A DNA stretch of 64,000 nucleotides from Trichoplax adhaerens (lineage: Eukaryota; Animalia; Placozoa), in the NCBI RefSeq assembly GCF_000150275.1, contig NW_002060953.1, forward strand, positions 1,555,646 to 1,619,645, read 5' to 3'. Shown here piece after piece: positions 22,089-35,791 of the stretch. Made by a program: the position numbers and the translations under genes. Each line of letters begins with the position of its first letter. Within the stretch, counting starts at the first letter, position 1. The notes under the pieces were generated by a model. It worked only from the letters and a program-made list of their open reading frames with translations, ran no database searches and was not told the DNA's origin.

Positions 22089-24803
22089 TCATGAACTGGT
22101 GATAGTGGCGCTTGAATCAGATGATTTGTAAGACTGTCCACATTTTGTGTGTCCGGATAGGTTGCTAAATGTAAACTGCGTAATACTACTCTTTATTCCA
22201 GCTTTGGTATTTAAATCCGGCCGAAAGTAAATAACGTAAATTTTAGGAATAAAGAAGCACAGTAAAGGCGAAAGACCAAAGGTTAGCATAAATAGGGACA
22301 AGAGATAGTCACGAACCATACCGTATAAGAGGAATAATGCAGGACTACTAATAAATTCCAAAGCCAGAAGCAGAATTGAAGATAAATAAATATATCTAGA
22401 TTCATTGAAATTGTCTGGTAATGAACGGGCTTTGAAAGCGAGATAGACGCATAGTAGACCCAATATGCCAGAGGATACCAGCTGATATATGCTGGGGTAA
22501 CTGCTTTCTTCGAAACAAATTATCGTCAAATATCCTTCAATTCTCACATTTTTGGTAACTTTTATAGGATAGATTAGCATTAAACAAACTACAATACCAA
22601 TATTGATAAATACAATGAGGAAAATGAATAAAATTTGTACGCTTGTTTTTCTCAGGGGAGCAGTTTTAGAATCCTGATTGATAGCATTTTGAAAAATGAC
22701 CGAAATTTGATTTGTTTTACATAAGATTGTGGCAAGTATACCTATATCCATAAGGGTGACTAATATTACTCTGGCATGGCATACTATCATTGATGGAGGC
22801 CTTAAAAATAGACCACCTGCGGGGACACATAAGGAAATAAAAAAGAGTAATATATTGACTAATGTAAAGTTAGAACCTTTTACAACTGGAGTATCCCTTT
22901 TCCGAATCATGACTGACCAAATCCATAGCAAAACAATTAAGTATAAGCTCGCGACAATATAGAATACAATGGAAATAGTATCATCCCAACGAATTGTTAC
23001 AACTTTCAAAGGAATACATGCAGTTCTGTTGGCATTGGACTTAGTTTCATTTGAACACTGTATACAAGAATATTGATTTGTTGTGTTGGTGATACTTTGC
23101 TTGGGGCATACTTTACATTTCCAACAGCATGGACGATAACGTTTATCAATACTGTTATCATGATACCAATATGTCCCTGGTAGGCACGGGGATGAACATC
23201 GCGAGTTAGGAGCGTTATTTCCAACTGAATTATTATCCCAATCAATTAATGATTCGTTAATAACTACACCAGCCTCTCTATCCCAATAACCGATCATAAC
23301 TGGCCTCACTGTTCGATTTTCATAATTAGTTTCTCGTTGCAAATTAACAATATCTAGTTTCATAATTGGACTACCTTCGAAATCAAACTGGAAATTATTA
23401 CTTGACACACCAGGAAACTGAATACGGTTAAGAAAATCATTAAGACGCAGCTTGTTTAAGTCGATATCATTTAATGGTGGGCACGAGGTTGAATTGCAGC
23501 CTATCGCGTTATGAAATGCGTTAGCTAGCGCAAGTACAGCATCCATAACAAATATAGAGATATATGATGGCGAATGAATTGAATTAAGGAAGGATAACTG
23601 TAGTTGCTCAATTGTACATTCTTTCAAAACTGTACTGATGTTATATCCTGCTTTACTAAGTTGAGTTTTCAGTACATCCATGAACCATGGATTATCGCCA
23701 TTATTACATAGGTTCAGGTTTTTTAAGTAACTATGATAACGATCTAATGATCGTCCTTTAAATTTAAAGCCAATACTACCTCCGATAACATCGGCCCTAA
23801 TATTGTACATGAGTGAAGAAGTTAACCAAGTATAAGAACCTACGAAGGTCATACCAGTTAAGTTTAATGCTTCGGCAACCTTAAAGAAAGAATAAACTAC
23901 ACGTTCGACACCAATCAATACAATTACACGTGATGATTGATTTTTTAGATTCAAAACAACATCGACCAACTCAGATTTGGTGTAGTTATCATTTATTTTA
24001 CCCAAATAGCTATAGCAGATATTATATGAAGGACCAGCGAAATAGATAAATTTGGATATTAAATCTATGGCTGTATTGCCTGCAAAGACAAATGAAACCA
24101 AATTCCAATTAAAACGAGTTAATAATTCCATGATTGCTGTCGCCTGAAAAGATGCCGGTGGGGATGTGCGATAAAAGAATGGAAAGTATCGACGAAGGCT
24201 TAGTGTATAGTCGAAAGAAAAATAGCTTATTTGACAGACTCTGAGGCTACCGGTATAGGCCGCAGTTGCCACCGTAACGTCGTCCGACTCATCACCTATA
24301 ACTCCAATTATGTACGAATGATTGGACATATGCTCATGGTTGTGACCTCTGCTTACCATATCTGACAACCTATTATTATTGCCACTGGTTTGTATCAGCT
24401 TACATTGTAAATTTTGATAATCCTTTCTTTCTGATAAAATTAGACTAGATGATAAGGCAGAAATGGCTATTTCACGAGAGCCACAGGAATCGATAACAAT
24501 CCACCCGACCGGAATTCCAGGTAATAAATTTGGATTATTATTGACTAATTCCTTAACAGTGTATATCATAGCCTGTACAAATAGTATATTTTTTACACTG
24601 ATATCGCTACATTGTCGACTTGTCGCGTTATATCGACTGGAAATCGGGAAAAGAGCTTGTAATTGTACTAATCCAGCCTTCATGGACATACGTCGACTTT
24701 GAGCATATCCAATATTGTTACTACCAGGATAAATTGAAATTGTTATAAGGAGAAGCGCAATGAAATAGTTAAGCCGCTGAGAAATTGCACAACCGGTAGC
24801 CAT
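22089..24803 (-). CDS. Class C GPCR, single exon, 904 aa; paralog 3
   Basis: Signal peptide; LLPGIPVGWIVIDSC, QISY, FPFFYRT, NPWF, CSSPCLPG..CCWKC, TPVVKGSN, CKTNQ, LPDNFNESR, PKIYVIYFRPDLN. Confidence 0.93.
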   Translation of the reverse strand: MATGCAISQRLNYFIALLLITISIYPGSNNIGYAQSRRMSMKAGLVQLQALFPISSRYNATSRQCSDISVKNILFVQAMIYTVKELVNNNPNLLPGIPVGWIVIDSCGSREIAISALSSSLILSERKDYQNLQCKLIQTSGNNNRLSDMVSRGHNHEHMSNHSYIIGVIGDESDDVTVATAAYTGSLRVCQISYFSFDYTLSLRRYFPFFYRTSPPASFQATAIMELLTRFNWNLVSFVFAGNTAIDLISKFIYFAGPSYNICYSYLGKINDNYTKSELVDVVLNLKNQSSRVIVLIGVERVVYSFFKVAEALNLTGMTFVGSYTWLTSSLMYNIRADVIGGSIGFKFKGRSLDRYHSYLKNLNLCNNGDNPWFMDVLKTQLSKAGYNISTVLKECTIEQLQLSFLNSIHSPSYISIFVMDAVLALANAFHNAIGCNSTSCPPLNDIDLNKLRLNDFLNRIQFPGVSSNNFQFDFEGSPIMKLDIVNLQRETNYENRTVRPVMIGYWDREAGVVINESLIDWDNNSVGNNAPNSRCSSPCLPGTYWYHDNSIDKRYRPCCWKCKVCPKQSITNTTNQYSCIQCSNETKSNANRTACIPLKVVTIRWDDTISIVFYIVASLYLIVLLWIWSVMIRKRDTPVVKGSNFTLVNILLFFISLCVPAGGLFLRPPSMIVCHARVILVTLMDIGILATILCKTNQISVIFQNAINQDSKTAPLRKTSVQILFIFLIVFINIGIVVCLMLIYPIKVTKNVRIEGYLTIICFEESSYPSIYQLVSSGILGLLCVYLAFKARSLPDNFNESRYIYLSSILLLALEFISSPALFLLYGMVRDYLLSLFMLTFGLSPLLCFFIPKIYVIYFRPDLNTKAGIKSSITQFTFSNLSGHTKCGQSYKSSDSSATITSS

Positions 24804-26013
24804 CTACAGTCTATTGCCTTATAATGCAATAATTATAAAGCGCTAAAAAATGATGAGTGTATCTCTGAAAGATGTCTAATTAAATGATGCAAAGTCCTAG
24901 CATGGGCTGCTTATTACATCAATTCAGATATTTTGATATAATTACGTGGCATAGCGCCTGCACTTGCCCTAGATTAATTAATTAGTTTTTTAACAAGAGG
25001 TATTTTAGATGCTATTTGAACAATTACATTCTCGAAAAGAATTACTAACAATGCAAAGTAACCTGATGCAATGATGTTTCCTAATTTTAATGAGACTTCG
25101 GCTATGAATAGAATATGTCAACACTTGAGCAACAGAATGAAAGAACTGGACCACCGCCACCTGGCAGCTTTATAGCAAGTGTGTATTAAAAAAATTTCGA
25201 CTTATGTACTCCATAACATATGTTTATACTTACTAGTAATTGTTGAAATTCAGATACGAGATTTATTGGCAGATGAAATATTAAGTATGATAGTCAATAA
25301 ATTATCTATTAGCAACATTATGGCAATTATTATTAAGTTACAGAATTGTTAGCGAAAGCTATAATAGTAATGTCCGCCCTAAATAAAAAAAAATGGTGTT
25401 AACAAAGCTTGTATTGTTTAGCATAAACTACATTGAGATTTTAACATTTTGGTATGTCATTTGGATCGCATTGTAAGGCCAATATATTATTAAGATTTCA
25501 TGATTATAATAATTCAAAATTGTACATTTACGTGTTCTTCATAATAGTTCTCTTATATAAAATTTGACTCTAAGCAGATCTTGGTAAACATGTATTTATG
25601 ATAGAATGAAAATAATTTAACGGTTCTTAATTTTCTTTATTTTCATTCATCGATAGTTATAAAGGCATTTCTAACTTTTACCGTACCCTTTAAAATGACG
25701 CCTTAGATTTGAGTAAAGCTAATTATACGATAATTTTTGTCTTATTGTAAATATCGCTCCTGTCTATAGACCTATATTACAGATCTTTCTAAAGACTCTG
25801 TAATTGACTTTAACTAGGTTCAGCTTTTATGAAGATCTTATTGTCTATATATTTCAACTCATTCTCTTATAATATTACCAATTGCTTAATTTTTTTCTTT
25901 CAGAAATAGCAGCTCAAAGAAATACAAGAATTTATTTTAAATTAGTAATTCTAGACAGATGTATCTTTCAAAATATTGACTTAGTTACTAACAGAAAATT
26001 TTGAATACCAGTA

Positions 26014-26448
26014 ATTATCATACAACTCCAATTAATTCGCTCGAGGAACTAATACAACATCTTTAATGATAGCCAAAAGCAAACCTCTCTGTTGTGTCAA
26101 TAGTTTGCAGAAGAACTTGTTTTCCCTAGATGCATTAAGTAATCAATCATTTATCAATATTTTTACTAGCATATAAAGCCGTGTAATACTCAATCACAAT
26201 ATTCTATATAACTCCTCTCGATTTTTTAAAGCATGAAACACTCGCAGCTCGTTTACACTTCTGGAAATTAGTAATATTTCAGTGTCATCTAACTGTATCG
26301 CATTTAAATTCAACTATAATCTGATGACACTAAGTTATGGTAATGTTATTAAAAAGTTTTTTGATACAACAGAGAGGTTTACTTTTTGGCTATCACTAAA
26401 GATGTTGTATTAGTTCCTCGAGCGAATTAATTGGAGTTGTATGATAAT
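26014..26448. mobile_element. MITE-like foldback element with ~87-bp terminal inverted repeats
   Basis: 26014-26100 (ATTATCATACAACTCCAATTAATTCGCTCGAGGAACT...) is the reverse complement of 26361-26448 with about three substitutions and one indel; non-coding ~260-bp interior; TA dinucleotides near both ends. Confidence 0.65.
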
Positions 26449-28668
26449 AAGTTATTTGCTCCATATTAAATTTCTTCAACTCCATTTAACATTTTGTAAT
26501 TGGTGGGTATGTGCTTAGTCGATTATTTTTTTAAAGTCAAATCTAATTAAGATACAATATATCAGTCAATTTGTCTGAAAACTTAAGGTTAGAAATTGTA
26601 AGGAACTTTGCGACATGGAGAATACCTGTAGGCTAAGTGTTTTGGTCTTTGAAGAGCTGTTCACGTTAAGTTTAAGCTAATGTGTGACGAAGTTCTAGAA
26701 TCTTCCAGATACCAATTTATTAATTTATAAAATAATTCCAAAATAAAGAGAGAGTATGCGCTAATTTTTGCTAATTAAATAAGAGATTTACTCAAATACT
26801 TAGGAAGCCAATGAAGGATTCTCCTCGGCATGTAAAGATATGAATAATATAACCTTAGTATTGGAAACAGCAACGATTTATGGGTGCTATTGTCAGACCG
26901 ATTATAATATCCATGTAACAACATCAATACTATTAGAAGGAAAAATATTAACTTCTTTCTATTGACCATAGCCGTTTTAAAATATTGTGCATACATAAAC
27001 TCACGCTTTGCTTAAGGTCAGTGCAATTAGTGGATAAATTAATAGGGGATTTGAAGAATCTTGTTGGAAAATATTCTTGTTAATTTGAAGTTTTAATCGA
27101 TTTAATAATTATTAGATATAATCTAATCTAATCACTATCATCTTTGACACTAGTTGAAACTATTTAATGTTTAATCTAAAACTGCGGGGCAGCTAAGTTT
27201 ACTTCTGCAATAACTAAAAGATTACAGGCATCTGCCAAAATAAATTAGATTATTAAAAAATCATTTACGATTGTAACTATCACCAATTTTTTTGGAGTTG
27301 AGAGTAATACCATTAATACTATATGTAAAATAAGTCACATAGTTTACAGATTGTAATTGATTATGTAGCTACTGCAGACAAATAATGATCCGTATTTCTG
27401 GAAGAATCTGAGGTATTAAAATTGTATAAGCTGATAGAAATATTGCTGGCATAGCTGTAATCTTTGGAATTCCTCTAGCTACCTAGAAATATGTCGGAAT
27501 GGAGGTCACGACCAGGCAAGATAATAGTAATATGACTCAGACATTTAATCGCGCTTCATTAAAGTTTTCAAGTAGGGATCGAACTTGAAAAGCTATAATA
27601 TTGTAGGTAAAACTTATAAAGTCATTACTACCGGAGAACTGAGATATATGCAAACTAATTGAACTTCGATGAAACTAGTGAGAACTGGCTTGGATAACAG
27701 TTGGCGATAAAAACTTAATCCAAACATCAGTGCTACGATACATATTCAAATAGCAAAAAATAAATGTAACTTGACTCCTTATTTTTGTAAGATTTTTTAG
27801 CATGGCGCTGTAGCTAACTAAATTTCGAAATATTAATCACAATTTTCTTCAATTTGCATGCTACGATGGAAGTTATACAAATTGATTTAATTTTATGACT
27901 GCAATTTGATAATACGCGAGGTAAATTATCTGGCGAAAACCTATTTATGATTCAGTTTGACAAAATGAGATCTTTTAAAAGCTTTCTTAATTATGATTAT
28001 CCATCTTATTATTAGCATTGCCAGAACTATTGATGCAATACTTACTAGATTATAGGATTGCATGATCACTGCTCCAATTAAAGTGTTTGGCTTTAGGAGT
28101 TATGCTACTCTATAAAAAATTATCCTTCCATAAATAACTTTGTTAGTACTATTTTGTGTTTAGGTTAGTAAATTTTTACTTTTAAGATTGATGTATTAAA
28201 GGAAATTATTAAAATGTACTATTATGAAGTGAATTTGAATGGAAATGTTTAATAGATCAAATAAAGGTTCTACGGCTTCATTAACACTACCAATATAAAG
28301 TTGTTTTACAAAGTCTTTTTATTCGATTATATTTGATACATTAATGTCATTCAAAGCTACTTAACTTTAGTAAATATCATAGGAGCATGAACTTATAATT
28401 ATTAGATAGAACTACTTACAATTCAATTTAACATTAATTTCATACCATTAAATATGTCCTTTATTGGGTAACTTGTAAGTCAGGCTTCCATTAAAAAAGG
28501 CTTGATAATATTATCTAATTGCGAAATAATTTTATTATGCGCCTACAGAGAAAAGTAAATTTAGTAAAGAAATGAATTTCGGAGTAATGTGCAAATTATA
28601 GGCTATCGGATATCATTACTCAAAGAATTATAAGAATGATTTCTTTTAGTTATGTCGTTACCGTGAAA

Positions 28669-31347
28669 CTAAATTGCAGATATGGCAGTGCTTCCATTAT
28701 TTCTTGATGGCATTTGATTAGGATATTTGGTTTGCTTGTCAACCTTTGCAAATGTAAACTTAGCAATACTAGCTGCAGCTTCATATTGTGTATTCAAATG
28801 CGGTTGACGAATGATAATGTACATTTTTGGCAAGAAGTAACAAAATTGAGTCACGAATCCATAAAATATCATCATTAAACAAGACAGTATTGATCGCAAC
28901 TGACCATGAAAAAAATACATGACTGGAGTTACGGTTAATGCAAGAAATGCATACAAAATACTAGCTATCAAGATATATCGAGCATCATTATAGTTATCCG
29001 GTAATGATCTTATACGAAAGGCAAATACAAGGCCAACGGTAACTGCTGTTGTCCATAGCACTACAGCAGCAGTAAAGGCCGGAAAGCTGAAAACTTCGCA
29101 TGATTTTACGAGCTGTTGTTTGTCGTTCTCATATTTGATAATTTTTAGTGGTTGATATACGATTAACCCAACGATAATCGCGTTAGTAATAGTCATAGTT
29201 ACAATGAGAACAATAACTTGATTTCGTGTTTTTGACAATTTCTTGTATAAGGACCGCTGACGAAAGCCATTTCGGAATATAGCTGCTACTTGAATTGTCT
29301 TGCAAATGACAGTAACTGCTACGCCAGTCTGACTATTAGCAGTGAGTAGTAATCTAAATGTGCAATTGAAAACAGTACTGTCACAAAGAAACATGATTGA
29401 AGCAGGAAGGGACATAGCGTTATAACCCATTAAAATATTAATCAACGTAAAATTGGATCCTTTAATTACAGGAGTATTTCGTTTGATGATAACGACAACC
29501 CAAATAAATATCGAATTAATCAAGAAGATAAACCATAGGCAGCAAGCAATAATAAAGTATTTATCTCTAAATGAAATATTAATGATTTCGTAACCAATAC
29601 ATTTCGTTTTGTTCTCATTTGGAGCAGTAAATGGCTCACATTTAGTGCAATTTGACTGATTGGTAGAATTAGTTATAGAATGAAAGTAGCATTTAGTGCA
29701 GAGCCAACAACATTTTAGTGATTTCTTGTCAAGACTATTGTAATAACGGTAAGTACCGGGCTGACAATCATCAGAACAGCGAGCAACTGGTACAATACCA
29801 CTATTCCATTTTATTTTTGTTTTATTAATAATTAAACCGTAATCTTCATCCCAATATCCAACTTTGACATGTTTTATTGGACCTTTACCGATACTCTTCG
29901 CTGGAACTTGCAAGTTAATTATATTGTAAAGTAAATGATTAGTTCCGTCGGCGCGAAAGTGAAAATCGTCGTTTGATATGCCCTTAAAGGTTACCTTGCT
30001 TAAATATTCATTTAATTTTAGTCGATCGTAATGAGATGCAAGATTATCTACTGGAGAACAGTGTGTTGAATTGCAACCTAATTTGCTATGTAGTGCGTAA
30101 GCTAAAGCTAATGCTGCATCCATAACATAAGCAGCGGAGTCATGCATGGAATAAAATGATTCTGAAAAGTAACGTTTGAGATTATTATTAATTATACAGC
30201 TTGCCATTATGGATTCAGTATTATTTCCAAGAGATTGGAGTTTTTCTGACCAAGCTGCTATAAACCAAGGATTCTTAATATTATTACAGAAGTCAAGTTC
30301 GTCTAAATAAGATTGAAAGTCCTGTAACGAACCATCCATTATATCCATACCCAATGCACCACCAATTACGCTAGGATTGAGTGCATTAATTCTAGCAGAA
30401 CTTAACAAATCATACGACCCTATCCATGTCTTACCTACTAAACCCTCGGATTCTACTTTTCGAAGGAATGGATAAATAAGCGCTTCACCACCAGCGAGAA
30501 TAATGACGTTCGAACGAGTTAAGTATTTAAGTTTTAATACAATTTCCTTTAAATTAGATTGCGTGTAATTGTCATTTATAATTCCGGTATATCCAATACA
30601 AATTTCATTATTAAAAAGTAATTTAGAAACAATTTTTTTATAATTCTCGGCAAAATTTGATCCAGCTACGATAATAGATATATAATTCCAGCGAAATTTT
30701 GCAACAATATCAAGGAATACTAGCACCTGCATCGTTATTGGTGAACGTGAACGATAGAAGTATGGAAAGAGTTGACGAAGTGATTGACTTACGTGGGATG
30801 TACCGTAACTGATTTGAAGAAAATACAAACTACTAGTATATATGGCCAACGAAGTTGAAATGTCATCTGATTTCTCACCGACAATTCCAAGAATTGGAGT
30901 GGTCATTGTGTGATTATATTGAAATTTTATGTTACTATCAGTCCATTGATTAGGTATATGGTTGAATTTTTGGTATGAAGGCCAGTCAAAATTGGCTGGA
31001 TTACTGAACATTAATTCATAACTTACCAATTTCATAGCCATTTCTCGAGATGAGCAAGAATCAATTAGTGTCCAACCAACTTTGATACCAGGCAATAAGT
31101 TTTGATTGGCATTGATTAAAATATCTATAGCGTATATCATAGCTTGTGTGAGCTTTACATTGACTAAATTGAATTCATAGCATTGATTTAAGGTACTGTT
31201 ATAATGTAAGGTATTAGGAAAAACACCTATAATTTGAATATCTCCTGGTTGATAAGAGTAAATATGGCAATGTGAAGACTTTATCTTTACAAAAGTAACA
31301 ATGACGAAAAAAAAAATATAACTTTTAATAAGTTGCTTTAGGACCAT
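28669..31347 (-). CDS. Class C GPCR, single exon, 892 aa; paralog 4
   Basis: Signal peptide; PGDIQIIGVFP, LLPGIKVGWTLIDSC, CSDDCQPG..CCWLC, TPVIKGSN, LPDNYNDAR, PKMYIIIRQPHLN. Confidence 0.93.
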   Translation of the reverse strand: MVLKQLIKSYIFFFVIVTFVKIKSSHCHIYSYQPGDIQIIGVFPNTLHYNSTLNQCYEFNLVNVKLTQAMIYAIDILINANQNLLPGIKVGWTLIDSCSSREMAMKLVSYELMFSNPANFDWPSYQKFNHIPNQWTDSNIKFQYNHTMTTPILGIVGEKSDDISTSLAIYTSSLYFLQISYGTSHVSQSLRQLFPYFYRSRSPITMQVLVFLDIVAKFRWNYISIIVAGSNFAENYKKIVSKLLFNNEICIGYTGIINDNYTQSNLKEIVLKLKYLTRSNVIILAGGEALIYPFLRKVESEGLVGKTWIGSYDLLSSARINALNPSVIGGALGMDIMDGSLQDFQSYLDELDFCNNIKNPWFIAAWSEKLQSLGNNTESIMASCIINNNLKRYFSESFYSMHDSAAYVMDAALALAYALHSKLGCNSTHCSPVDNLASHYDRLKLNEYLSKVTFKGISNDDFHFRADGTNHLLYNIINLQVPAKSIGKGPIKHVKVGYWDEDYGLIINKTKIKWNSGIVPVARCSDDCQPGTYRYYNSLDKKSLKCCWLCTKCYFHSITNSTNQSNCTKCEPFTAPNENKTKCIGYEIINISFRDKYFIIACCLWFIFLINSIFIWVVVIIKRNTPVIKGSNFTLINILMGYNAMSLPASIMFLCDSTVFNCTFRLLLTANSQTGVAVTVICKTIQVAAIFRNGFRQRSLYKKLSKTRNQVIVLIVTMTITNAIIVGLIVYQPLKIIKYENDKQQLVKSCEVFSFPAFTAAVVLWTTAVTVGLVFAFRIRSLPDNYNDARYILIASILYAFLALTVTPVMYFFHGQLRSILSCLMMIFYGFVTQFCYFLPKMYIIIRQPHLNTQYEAAASIAKFTFAKVDKQTKYPNQMPSRNNGSTAISAI

Positions 31348-34300
31348 TTTGAAAGCTAATTGTACTAAAGGGAAGGGTTGTAGCGATAGAGCAGTATCCT
31401 GCTTTTAAATAACAGAAAATTTTTATACTTTTTCCACAATAGATTGAAATTCGACGATTTTCACTATTAGTTAAAAATATAACATAAACAGCAATATTGA
31501 TGATTCTTAGCAATAAGTTACTTTACGCTTAGAAACGGAATACATAATTTGGTCTTTACAAATATCGTGAAGCTTAATTATAGATGGATCTAGTTACTTT
31601 ACGATATTACAAATTCATACTTGGTATCCTATGATACGCACGGCTTGTTAAATATATAATAAAGAATATAAATTTTTTATTTGCCCATTTATGATTAATT
31701 ATTAGCATTTATGGCTAATAAGAATATAAGTTAGTAATGTAAGAAATGGAAATTAAATTATTGATTATTTGTAAAGGAACATTTACAAACCGATCTTTTA
31801 GCATATTCTTAGATTAATATTAAATTTAATTTTTCTAGATGAGATGACAGTTGGCTAAAGAGTTTGCTCGTAAATAATGGAGATCTTTTTAATTTAATGA
31901 CGAGTAAAAATAAGTAATGATTTATTCCATGCAATCCATTTTTGATGTTTAATGATTAGCTCGTTGATAACTAATTGAAGATTTATCGTAATGTAACGGT
32001 ACGAACTACCGTGAAGAAATAGATATCTAAATTTGGTGATATTATATTACAACTAGTTACTTACAATAGGAATTGCTCTAATTATAAATGTGTTTCAGTA
32101 AATTTAATGCTGTGCTATAATGTACACTGAAATGATTCTGTGAATGGACATATTGTAGTCTGATTGTGAAAAATTAGTTAGGTAGATGTTCTCACCTAAG
32201 TATTTTTATAAGATAACTCGTGAATGTTAGCTGCTGTAGAAGGGTGTATAAGCCCGTCTGATAGTTGAATAAAGTAGTTTTCAATTGTCTAGTTGAGTTT
32301 AACGTAGAATCAAAGGCGTTTAAATTCTTGTGAGGTAGTTAACGGATACTGAATCCCGGAGACTATAGTAATTTAGAGATTTGTTTTACGTTATCCTTGA
32401 CGCGAAGCTGGTTTGTGACGCGTAAATTTAGCGTAAGTTCCATGGTCATGGAATTAGTTATTATCCTTTACTAGCTGATCAGTAATAAAATCTTTGCATG
32501 ATCAATGGAAACCTATTTCTCAAAATTAAAGCCAGTAGTAGTTAGACGTACCGGATGTTATTATATTAATTAGATTTATGTTTCGGTTCAATTACAATTA
32601 GCAAAGGACGTATTGCTCGAAGGAAATTACAGAATATTAAAAATGATGCTTAAAATTTTAAGTTATCTGATATTTAATAAAGTAGCTACTGTAAAGCCTT
32701 GATCCCATCTACTATTTATTTGTCAATTCCAGTTTTATTCCCCAATGATTATAGATAAAATTCCGATATCTAGCTAATTAACAAATAGTAAGCTTGCAGA
32801 AGATATTTGAATGTATGCAGACAAATGTTATGCATTAAATCGCGGGTTTTTTGTGAACAACATTAAGACAGAAATTTGATATTACGTTTAATATAATGAA
32901 ATATCCTCGAATTTTTTATTTATATTGATTAAGTTGCATAGAAATTGCTTGTTACTTACATATGCAAGATAACAGTATGAAGGTATTCTTATAAGTTGAA
33001 TCAATGATAATTTATATAGGCAATATTGACAATATACCAAGAGTTTGAAACTTTCTTTAATTGAACTAAGCGATTGTTCTCCATTTATTAAGTGTGAATT
33101 GAATGTAGTATACAATAGTTGTAATGTGAGTATTGTCTGTTATTTATATGATTTTTGAGTTTTCTAACCCCAAATTTGTTATTACATTTAATGTAATGAA
33201 TTATTCTTGATTCTTTATATTTACATACGATGCTTAGGAATTGCTTGATACTCACTCAAGCCATTTGACGGTGTGAAGGCTACTTTTGCTAGTGAAACCG
33301 ATAGTGTTTTATATGGCCAACATTAACATTATACCTACAGTTCGCCACTACGTACAATTAAATAAACGGATTATTCTCAATATATTGCACTTGTATTGAT
33401 TATGGCGTATAATAGCTACTAATGTGAGTGTTATCAGATATATATACATAGTTTTGGAGTTCTCTATTGCCTTAAGACAGAAACTATCATAGGATATGAT
33501 AGATGCTGCATTAATTGCTGCTTAATTGGCCTAAAAAGATATAGATAAGACCTTTGAAGCCTTACATATTGTTGCAAAGTTGCTATACTACTTCAATTAA
33601 TTAATTAATGACATGAACGTAACAAAAAAATTTGGGGGTTTCATTCATAAATAAGACATCTACTGCTGTATTAATCTAGATGACAAAATACTTTCTAGTA
33701 GTTATACTATCTTCAATTATCCTAGGAATCAGGAAAAATAATGTACCGTAGTTAGATGAATCATTTTAAAATAGAATAAATGAAAGAGAGTCTTTATAAA
33801 TTTTACGATTAACAAAATACGTAAGCAAGACCTTAATATGATTGTTATGAAAATGTTAACTAAAAGCTATTTGAATTCTGCTTGGCGAAAATTGAATATA
33901 TATTATAGACTAAAATTGAAAATAGCTATGAGTCTATAGCTCGAAAAAGGATAATTTATAACTGTTAATCTCATACTAAATTCTAGCTAATAACGGGAAT
34001 TATAGTTCTACATGCACAGTATATAGCAGCGCATAGGAGAGGAATGGCTACAATAACTCTTCTATATACCGTACAGTTTCAATTTAAATATTCTGTTTCT
34101 ATTTGTATTTGATAGAGTTTAAATAGCTATGTGTCCTCACTATACATGCAATATTAATAGCAATCTCGCTGTAATTGATTAAAAGAAATGGTTCATATCT
34201 TGAATGATGAAAAATTGCAAATTTGCTAATTGAGTTGCATTGATAATTCTCTTGTTTCGTAATTACTTGATCTACGAATTTCAAATTAAGTCCCGTCACA

Positions 34301-35791
34301 TCATGAAATTACGGTTGTCTGAAAGGCTTATCATTATTTGATACGTAATCAGAAATTTATTTCATTTATTATAAAATAGTATATATTTATACATGAACTT
34401 ATGAGGATTGTGGGAAAAGAATGCATTTACAGCTATTAATTAGATGATATAGCGAATAAAGTCTGATTCATTAGATAAATATTACGGTAGTAAATTAGAT
34501 TTATTATTGCCTTCTCAGAAAGAATACAGGATAAACCACTGGAAAATAGTAAAAAGGATATAGAATTATTAAAACGAATAGCTTTGAATTCTAACTTAAG
34601 TTAACTTTAGGATAAGTATCAGTTTACGGATAAGCTTCAATAACAACCTGGCAAAATCATTTGCTAGGATTATGAAGGGCAGGCTACTGTCTTCGCCAAT
34701 CAAACTAATGAAATAACTCACGATTTCTGGAAATATTTTAAACGTTTGCCTTCTTATTTCACTATCTTGAAGTATTTAATTACTACACCACTTCTATAGG
34801 CAAAACAAAGCAATTGGTGGTACCAGGCTATCAAATTATCACAGCAAAGTTATCTAAATTTAACTAATATTTAATCTCATATGATGAGATAAATACTATC
34901 TTAGATCCCCGAGGTCACTAAATTAATAACAGTCGTAATTCACTATAATTGTAAACTTTATATCACTAAAGTATTGTTAGATCTCTCTTACTTCACTTCA
35001 CTCACGTTCGATTAATTTGCTAAAATTAGCAAAATACTATCTTATTTCACAATAGCAATAGCCGATATAAATATAGCCTTCAAATTCGGAAGGTTTATTT
35101 AATCGCTATGCAAATCAGATTCCGGGAGATCCGTCGTATATCACTTCTCCTCCCTCATAAGAAACAGTCGAAAGAGGCTAAGATAAACCGGATATTCAGA
35201 CTTAGCCAATTTTTAATCAATCACAATTCCATGCAAATAATACATCTAACAGTCTCTACTCTCTATATAGTAATTCCTCACTTGAAAATTAGTCAAACTC
35301 AGAAGCGACACCCGGCTATAATAAGCCGGATAATTATCCTGATACTTATGACAGTAGAATCTTCAAACAGATTACTATTACTTTCTATAGTACTTAGGGC
35401 CAATAATTAGAGTATTACTCCGCTAGTTAATACTGAAGGAATCTTAACATTTACGTTACGTTACAAATATATAGAATAGAACATTAAAAGTATTAAGACA
35501 GACCAACAATCCTACACTAGAAGTCAGGCCAAAACGCTTTTGGGTCACAGAGTATTTGATTACAAAGTAAAATAACTTCTACTGTTTTTATGATCGAAAT
35601 CAGCTATCAGCTTTATCATAATTGAAGCATAAATTTTATACTATTAAATAAATCGCTTAAGTTACAATCTTACTTTGTATAATTCTTAATAAAAGTAAGC
35701 TATCCCATATTGCTTAATCATAACACGAATAAAGTAGTGAGGTTCCCAATATACTAAGATACTGAGTAAAATCTATTGTAAATTTCATTTG

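Noticed and set aside
32331-32350. TGAGGTAGT, matching the let-7 5' end (also near 47361 and 54016)
   Set aside because: Only 9 nt match, the rest differs from let-7, and no precursor hairpin is evident.
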